Shown here: in pieces, positions 58,357 through 64,000 of the stretch | Layout of the letters: every line of letters starts with the position of its first letter | Numbering within the stretch: the first letter of the stretch is position 1 | From: Candidatus Altimarinota bacterium | Lineage (GTDB): Bacteria; Patescibacteriota; Gracilibacteria; CAIRYL01; GCA-016699755 | Reading direction: 5' to 3' | Assembly (NCBI GenBank): GCA_963664295.1 | Contig: OY760935.1 | Span: 960,001-1,024,000, forward strand | DNA length: 64,000 bases | Notes under the pieces: generated by a model | The model's database searches: none | What the model saw: the letters and a program-made list of their open reading frames with translations, nothing else | Told to the model about the DNA's origin: nothing | Program-made: the position numbers and the translations under genes

Positions 58357-59089
58357 TATAAACACCAAGCATAATAAAACCAACAAAAGATTCAATATTG
58401 GTTAATATTTTGGCAATCACACTTAGTGGTGCTATGTCGCCAAAACCAAGCGTTGTAAAAGTTGTAATTGAAAAATAAAAATAATCATACCAATGGCTGG
58501 TTTCTATGGCTGGTGAAACAAAATTGTCAAAAAATGCGTAAAGTCCTGAAAAAATTAGCACAAAAATAACACTAATTTGTCCCCAGCGCCTAAAGTCTGT
58601 TCCATAACCTGAGGCAATGGCTAGAAATTTATATCCTAAATATTTTCCATATTGTTTACGAAAAAGATGCATTCTTTTGCGGTAATCCATTTTTTCTGAG
58701 TATGACCTTTGTTTTCCTTCTGGAAAATTTTTTTTCGCATAAATTATTTCTAATGACGAAAAATACCTCTCCATCATTTGATAAAAAACATCTAATTGCA
58801 TTTTTACTACTTCGGTTTTTTCAGAATTTTTTAAGTTTTCTTTGTATTTTTCTTCTTGTTTTTTGAAGTTTTCAGACATTTTGCGATAATAGTATTTTGC
58901 TATGTCTTTTTCAAAAAGCATATGCCCTCTAAGCATTATTCTTAGTAAATAATAAAAATGTACACCTAATTCTTCGTAATTATTTTTATCAATACTTGTT
59001 AAGCTTTCTTTTATGGAGCGCGAAGCTTTTTCAAGGTCTTCAGAGACCTCAAATTTTTCAATGTAGTCAATTGCTTCCTGTATTTTCAT
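58328..59089 (-). CDS. Two-TM potassium channel family protein with N-terminal helical domain
   Basis: YFYFSITTFTTLGFGDIAP filter motif. Confidence 0.88.
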   Translation of the reverse strand: MKIQEAIDYIEKFEVSEDLEKASRSIKESLTSIDKNNYEELGVHFYYLLRIMLRGHMLFEKDIAKYYYRKMSENFKKQEEKYKENLKNSEKTEVVKMQLDVFYQMMERYFSSLEIIYAKKNFPEGKQRSYSEKMDYRKRMHLFRKQYGKYLGYKFLAIASGYGTDFRRWGQISVIFVLIFSGLYAFFDNFVSPAIETSHWYDYFYFSITTFTTLGFGDIAPLSVIAKILTNIESFVGFIMLGVYINLIQKKIL

Positions 59090-59150
59090 TTTTTTATTTT
59101 TGTTTCTTTATATTATGCCTTAAAAAAGCCAAAATATCAAGAAAATAAAC

Positions 59151-61829
59151 TTATTCACTAACAATAATAGTGACAGAAATTTGACCAACTTCATTGCCAT
59201 AAATACCAACACCAAGATTTTGCCAATTTTCTTCTAGTAAAATATTATCACTTTCTTGGTTATTAAGATTAATTTTTATTTCAGAAAAAGAGCTTATTAA
59301 AGAGCTAAATTGTTCAACTTTAAAAATTAAGGCACTGGATTTTGTTTGTATGCCAGCATTTTCCAGCAAGCTCTGTAAAGAGTCACCATCTGATGAGCTA
59401 AAATCAAAAAAATCAGAGTCGCTCATTTTTTTTGACCAACTTTGAGCAATGCTCTGCAGGCTTACATTAGGTATTAAGGGGTTATTGCGAATATCATTTA
59501 CAGTTTTTAAAATTTGATCTCTATAAGAAGCCAAATTGTTGTTATCAAACGGTTCTTCGGAAAAAAGTTCAACAACAATAATTTCCCCGCTTTCTCTTTT
59601 TGCTAAGCCAATGCCAACTTCTTGCCAGTTTTCATTAAGAATGTTGCGTCTGTGAATAGGACTACGCATTAAGCCATTATGAGCAAGGCTAAGGTTTATG
59701 TCCATGGCAATATTTTCAAAAACACCGGTTTTTACTGCATGTTCAACACGATAATCATTTGCGTCTTTGCCATCAGGGTCTGTATGGGCAAAATAATTTC
59801 TTTCTTGCATGTCACTTGCTCTGAATTGAGCTAAGGCATTTAAATTATCATTAAGCTCAACTTTGGTCAGGCCAGCCTTTGCTCGGGAAGAGTTAACCAT
59901 AGATAATAATATTCTTCGATCTGCGCTAAGATTTATGTTTTCAAGAGGATCTTGTGGTTCAGACACACGATAATCTGGTAATAGTGGCACAAATCCTTTT
60001 TGTACAACAGGTGCGTTAATAATTGCAAATCCACCAGTGTCATTGATTTCAATAATATAAGTTCCTACTTCTGTTGGTGCGTAATTAAAAACAAAATCAT
60101 TACCATCAATACTCAGGGGTACGTCAATAATTTTTTCACTAGGCGTTATAATTGTTGCATTTTCTTTGAGGTTTACAGGGCTTGTTCCAGATATTTTTAA
60201 GTTTTGATTTTGAACATAATAAGGAGGCAGGTTGAGGTTGTTTATTTGTTCTTCAACTATTCTTTCATGCTCAATTACAGCATAAAAATCAACACTTACT
60301 GCATCAGAAAATGTTTTATTTTGGCTATTAGAAAGGCTGTTTTCAAGGGGTGCGCCAGCAATTTCTACTGTCATAAAGCCTTCCTGAAAATTCTCAAAAA
60401 TTTCAGTTGGTGTTTGAAATGAGTTTTGATTATTAACAAAAATCTCTATTGTTTCATTTTCTTGTGTAAATCTGAGCCTAAAGAGCTGGTTCCAATCATC
60501 TTCCCAAGAAAAAATTGCTTTGCCATTAATATTTTTAATAACAAAATTAGCAGGTTTACTTTGTGATTGTTCCTCAAAGTTTGGTTCACAAATAGGATCA
60601 TAAACAGTGATAGAGCCTATTTTGCTTTGACCGCTTGTGCCAGGGATCATTGCAATTTCGTGTTCACCAGCTTCATCACTAAAAGTAATTTGCACTTCAA
60701 AACTATTGTTATACACAAGGCCTGAATATGTTTTTTTATCAATAAAAACCGTCACTTCATCAGCTACAACACCCGACCCTAGTTCACCTTTTATGGTATA
60801 AATTTCATTTTTTCTAAATATTTTTGGAATATCATTATCCAAAATTAAGTTATTAAAAAAATCTTTTTCCAATAAATCATTTTCTGTATTTATTTGGCAA
60901 ATTTCTTTGGTTGGTATGCCTGCTGGTGTATCTTCGGGCAATTCTTTGAGTCGCACATTAGCAAGACCACGAGAAAGAGGATAAATTGCCTCAAAAGCTA
61001 TTTCTGAGAGATCAATAATTCTTCCTTCTGCATAGGGCCCTCTATCATTTATTTTAACTATAACAGACTTATTATTGTCTTGATTTGTGACGAGTATTTT
61101 TGTGCCAAAAGGAAAGGTTTGATGAGCAGCGGTATATTTATCTTGATCAAAAACTTCTCCATTGGCTGTATTACGACCTTCGAAAAAATCGGCTAAATAA
61201 CTGGCGCCACCTTCGTCCGGATGATCATTTTCTTTCCATTTTTCTAGCCTATAAAATATTTCCGCAAGCTCTCCTCTGGTCATATCCTTTGCAGGTTGGG
61301 CGTAGTTTGGGTTGTCAAAAAAATTATTATTTTTTGCAAAAGCAAAATAAGACGCAAACCATTCATCAGCACCAATATCTAAATAAGGACTTTTTTCCGG
61401 TTGTTCAAGCTGAATTCCGTTTACAAGAATTAGCATTTTTAATGCTTCAGCACGATTTACTGTGCGGGTTGGCTCAAAATATCCCTCAGCAGTTCCCTTG
61501 ATAACGCCAAGGTTTTTAGCCTTAAAAACATAAGGGCTAAACCACTCATCCCTTGGTACATCTGGAAAAGGTTTGTCCGCAGGAATTCCTTCTGCTTCAA
61601 GTCCAGAGCCAAGAATTAAAATTTTTAATGCCTCAGCACGATTTACTTTTTGATCTGGCTTAAAACTGCCATCAGAAAAGCCGTTCAGCACTCCTTGATC
61701 ACTTAAATAAGTAATTGCAGTAAAGTTTGTGTGCTCTGGGCTAACATCGGTAAAAAATTTAGCACTAACTTGAGCAGGCAAAGTTAGTGAAAATATTATT
61801 CCAAAAATAATTATAATTTTTTTCTTCAT
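59151..61829 (-). CDS. SLH + RlpA lytic transglycosylase + two CAP domains
   Basis: SLH GFSDGSFKPDQKVNRAE; RlpA TANGEVFD..TAAH..INDRGPY..IIDLS; CAP YFAH..ENIA..SPIHRRNIL..VGIG. Confidence 0.88.
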   Translation of the reverse strand: MKKKIIIIFGIIFSLTLPAQVSAKFFTDVSPEHTNFTAITYLSDQGVLNGFSDGSFKPDQKVNRAEALKILILGSGLEAEGIPADKPFPDVPRDEWFSPYVFKAKNLGVIKGTAEGYFEPTRTVNRAEALKMLILVNGIQLEQPEKSPYLDIGADEWFASYFAFAKNNNFFDNPNYAQPAKDMTRGELAEIFYRLEKWKENDHPDEGGASYLADFFEGRNTANGEVFDQDKYTAAHQTFPFGTKILVTNQDNNKSVIVKINDRGPYAEGRIIDLSEIAFEAIYPLSRGLANVRLKELPEDTPAGIPTKEICQINTENDLLEKDFFNNLILDNDIPKIFRKNEIYTIKGELGSGVVADEVTVFIDKKTYSGLVYNNSFEVQITFSDEAGEHEIAMIPGTSGQSKIGSITVYDPICEPNFEEQSQSKPANFVIKNINGKAIFSWEDDWNQLFRLRFTQENETIEIFVNNQNSFQTPTEIFENFQEGFMTVEIAGAPLENSLSNSQNKTFSDAVSVDFYAVIEHERIVEEQINNLNLPPYYVQNQNLKISGTSPVNLKENATIITPSEKIIDVPLSIDGNDFVFNYAPTEVGTYIIEINDTGGFAIINAPVVQKGFVPLLPDYRVSEPQDPLENINLSADRRILLSMVNSSRAKAGLTKVELNDNLNALAQFRASDMQERNYFAHTDPDGKDANDYRVEHAVKTGVFENIAMDINLSLAHNGLMRSPIHRRNILNENWQEVGIGLAKRESGEIIVVELFSEEPFDNNNLASYRDQILKTVNDIRNNPLIPNVSLQSIAQSWSKKMSDSDFFDFSSSDGDSLQSLLENAGIQTKSSALIFKVEQFSSLISSFSEIKINLNNQESDNILLEENWQNLGVGIYGNEVGQISVTIIVSE

Positions 61830-61926
61830 TTTTTAGGTGTTTTTACTTCTTTGGTATTGTTTCATAAATACTTTATTCTTGCAATAAAAGCTGTTTTTCG
61901 GTATTATTATCTAATACAAAAACAAA

Positions 61927-62988
61927 ATGAACTTAGATATTTTTGAGATATTAAATAAGGCATATGAGTTAGGTGCTTCTGATATTCACATTAGCACCAA
62001 AGAAAAGCCAATTTTTCGTTTGCATGGCACAACAGAGGCGCAAGATGATTTGCCAATTTTGAGCCTTGAAGACAGCAAAAGACTGATTGAACAAACAATG
62101 AACGAAGAGCAAAAAAATATTTTTGCAGAAGAAAAAGATTTAGATTATGCAATTGAAATACCCGGAGTTGCCCGTTTTCGTGTTAATGCTTTTTTGACAA
62201 CAAAAGGAGTTAATGCAGTTTTTAGAATTATTCCGTCCAAAATTATTACTTTTGACGAACTCAGATTGCCAGAAGTCTTAAGAAAAATTGTTGATTTACA
62301 AAAAGGCTTAGTTGTTGTGACAGGACCAACAGGAAGTGGTAAGTCAACAACACTGGCTGCTATAATTGATCTTATTAACAAAAAAAGAAAAGCACATATT
62401 GTGACAATCGAAGATCCAATTGAGTTTGTTCATAAGCCACAAGAGTCAATTATTACTCACAGAGAAGTTGGTAAGCACACTAAATCTTTTGCTTCTGCCT
62501 TGAGGGTGGTGACAAGGCAGGACCCTGATGTGGTTTTGGTAGGAGAAATGAGAGACTTGGAAACTATTTCCTTGGCGCTTACCGCTGCGGAATCAGGTGC
62601 TTTGGTTTTTGGCACTTTACATACTGCCAGTGCAGCAAAAACAATTAACAGAATTGTTGATGTTTTTTCTGCTGAAGAACAAGATCAAATTCGCTCTATG
62701 TTAGCAGACTCAATGAAATTTATAGTTGCACAAGCATTATTAAAAAAAGTAGACGGCGGTAGAACAGGTGCATTTGAAATATTAATTGGTACGGACGCAG
62801 TGCGAAACCAAATTAGAAAGAATGAGGTTCATCAAATACCTCTTTCCATACAAAGTGGGCATGACGTAGGCATGCAATCAATAGACCAAAATTTATTTGA
62901 ATTATTAAGCAACAAGGAGGTCTCATATGAAGAAGCAATTGTCCATGCTGTTAATAAACCAAGCTTTGAACAGTTTAAGTCCTTATGA
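61927..62988 (+). CDS. pilT: Type IV pilus retraction ATPase
   Basis: ASDIH, RFRVN, GPTGSGKSTT, TIEDPIE, DPDVVLVGEMRD, GTLHT. Confidence 0.95.
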   Translation: MNLDIFEILNKAYELGASDIHISTKEKPIFRLHGTTEAQDDLPILSLEDSKRLIEQTMNEEQKNIFAEEKDLDYAIEIPGVARFRVNAFLTTKGVNAVFRIIPSKIITFDELRLPEVLRKIVDLQKGLVVVTGPTGSGKSTTLAAIIDLINKKRKAHIVTIEDPIEFVHKPQESIITHREVGKHTKSFASALRVVTRQDPDVVLVGEMRDLETISLALTAAESGALVFGTLHTASAAKTINRIVDVFSAEEQDQIRSMLADSMKFIVAQALLKKVDGGRTGAFEILIGTDAVRNQIRKNEVHQIPLSIQSGHDVGMQSIDQNLFELLSNKEVSYEEAIVHAVNKPSFEQFKSL

Positions 62989-64000
62989 TTAACCAAGAAA
63001 ATAATGCAGGCGGAATTCACTTTAATACACCAGCCGAAGAAATGGGTGCTGGCGGAATTGTTTTCAATGAACCAGAACAAGCAGTGATAGATGGTGATCA
63101 TTTGCCAACAGGCACAGGAGAAGTTTCCACAAAAGCACTTTTTGAATATGTACGCGCAAACCATGGCTCTGATTTACATATTGCTCCCAATAGTCCTCCT
63201 AAAATACGACTATATGGTGAAATATTTTTAATTCCTGGTTATGAAAATTTAACAGAAGAAAATGTTTTTTCTTTGATTTATGAAACAATGGACGAAGAAA
63301 CAAAAAAAGAATTTACAGCAGAAAATGACATTGATTATAGCTATGTTGATCCCGAAAAGAAGCGATATCGCTGTAATGCCATGATGAGCTTGGCTGGTCC
63401 TGCGGGTGTTTTTCGTTTAATTACTGATAATATTAAAAGTTTTGAAGAATTAGGTTTACCAGAAAGCGCAAAAAGAATAAAGGCTTTACGAAAAGGGCTT
63501 GTTTTAGTGACAGGACCTGCTGGTTGTGGAAAATCAACCACGCTAGCAACCTTAGTTGACATGATTAATACAGAGCATGATGGACACATTTTAACAATTG
63601 AAGACCCAGTAGAGGTTTTACACAAATCAAAAAAAGCATTAGTAAATCACAGAGAAGTTGGCAGACACACTAATTCGTTTTATCGAGCTCTAAAATCTGC
63701 ACTCAGAGAAGACCCCGATGTAATTATGATTGGTGAAATGAGAGACCTGGAAACTATTTCTTTGGCACTCACCGCCGCGGAAACAGGACATTTAGTCTTT
63801 GGCACTTTGCATACTTCAAGTGCACATAAAACAATTACCAGAATTATTGATGTTTTTCCAACAGGCAAAAAACAACAAATCATCACTATGCTTTCTGAGT
63901 CTGTTCAGTGTGTAATTTCGCAAGTTTTATGTAAAAAGAAAAATGAGCCAGGACAAGTTCCTGCTTTTGAAATAATGTTTGGCACACCAGCTATTCGTAA
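62985..64000 (+). CDS. Second PilT/PilU-family ATPase (partial, runs off right edge)
   Basis: Own translation from ATG 62985: GSDLHI, RYRCN, GPAGCGKSTT, TIEDPVE, ALREDPD, GEMRD, GTLHT. Confidence 0.92.
   Translation, partial: MINQENNAGGIHFNTPAEEMGAGGIVFNEPEQAVIDGDHLPTGTGEVSTKALFEYVRANHGSDLHIAPNSPPKIRLYGEIFLIPGYENLTEENVFSLIYETMDEETKKEFTAENDIDYSYVDPEKKRYRCNAMMSLAGPAGVFRLITDNIKSFEELGLPESAKRIKALRKGLVLVTGPAGCGKSTTLATLVDMINTEHDGHILTIEDPVEVLHKSKKALVNHREVGRHTNSFYRALKSALREDPDVIMIGEMRDLETISLALTAAETGHLVFGTLHTSSAHKTITRIIDVFPTGKKQQIITMLSESVQCVISQVLCKKKNEPGQVPAFEIMFGTPAIR

Noticed and set aside
1-64000. Genetic code 25 (TGA=Gly) as in Gracilibacteria/Absconditabacteria
   Set aside because: Conserved genes are full length under code 11, and TGA ends genes at expected positions

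Overview
Low-GC bacterial chromosomal segment. TGA behaves as a stop (for example at 583, 24538 and 62986), so code 11 applies. Gene content points to Patescibacteria/CPR, Peregrinibacteria-like (inference): CPR-type pilins, a sigma70-r4/HARE-HTH protein, three SLH proteins, giant orphan proteins and no obvious SD motifs. Housekeeping genes include rdgB, class III RNR with tandem NrdR boxes, purU, rimK-like, pmm, rpsA, radA, dnaN, mfd, valS, coaE, lepB, gatB, murJ and two pilT, plus tRNAs Phe, Cys, Leu and Glu. Most interesting: (1) a 1367-aa protein with LysM + beta-barrel-like + Ig + Pro/Thr-repeat architecture, resembling an inverse autotransporter in a presumed monoderm; (2) two 85-bp tRNA-Phe-derived tandem copies with a rewritten anticodon loop, followed by a long hairpin element; (3) recurrent sigma70-like promoters with GAAAAT at -10, several leaderless; (4) split NrdD with the glycyl-radical site on a separate 73-aa peptide; (5) an RsbW-STAS fusion coupled to a PP2C phosphatase; (6) an oriC candidate upstream of dnaN with DnaA boxes embedded in the preceding gene; (7) a pilin-flanked 244-aa/1308-aa membrane protein pair. 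All calls are by eye from motifs; no searches were run.
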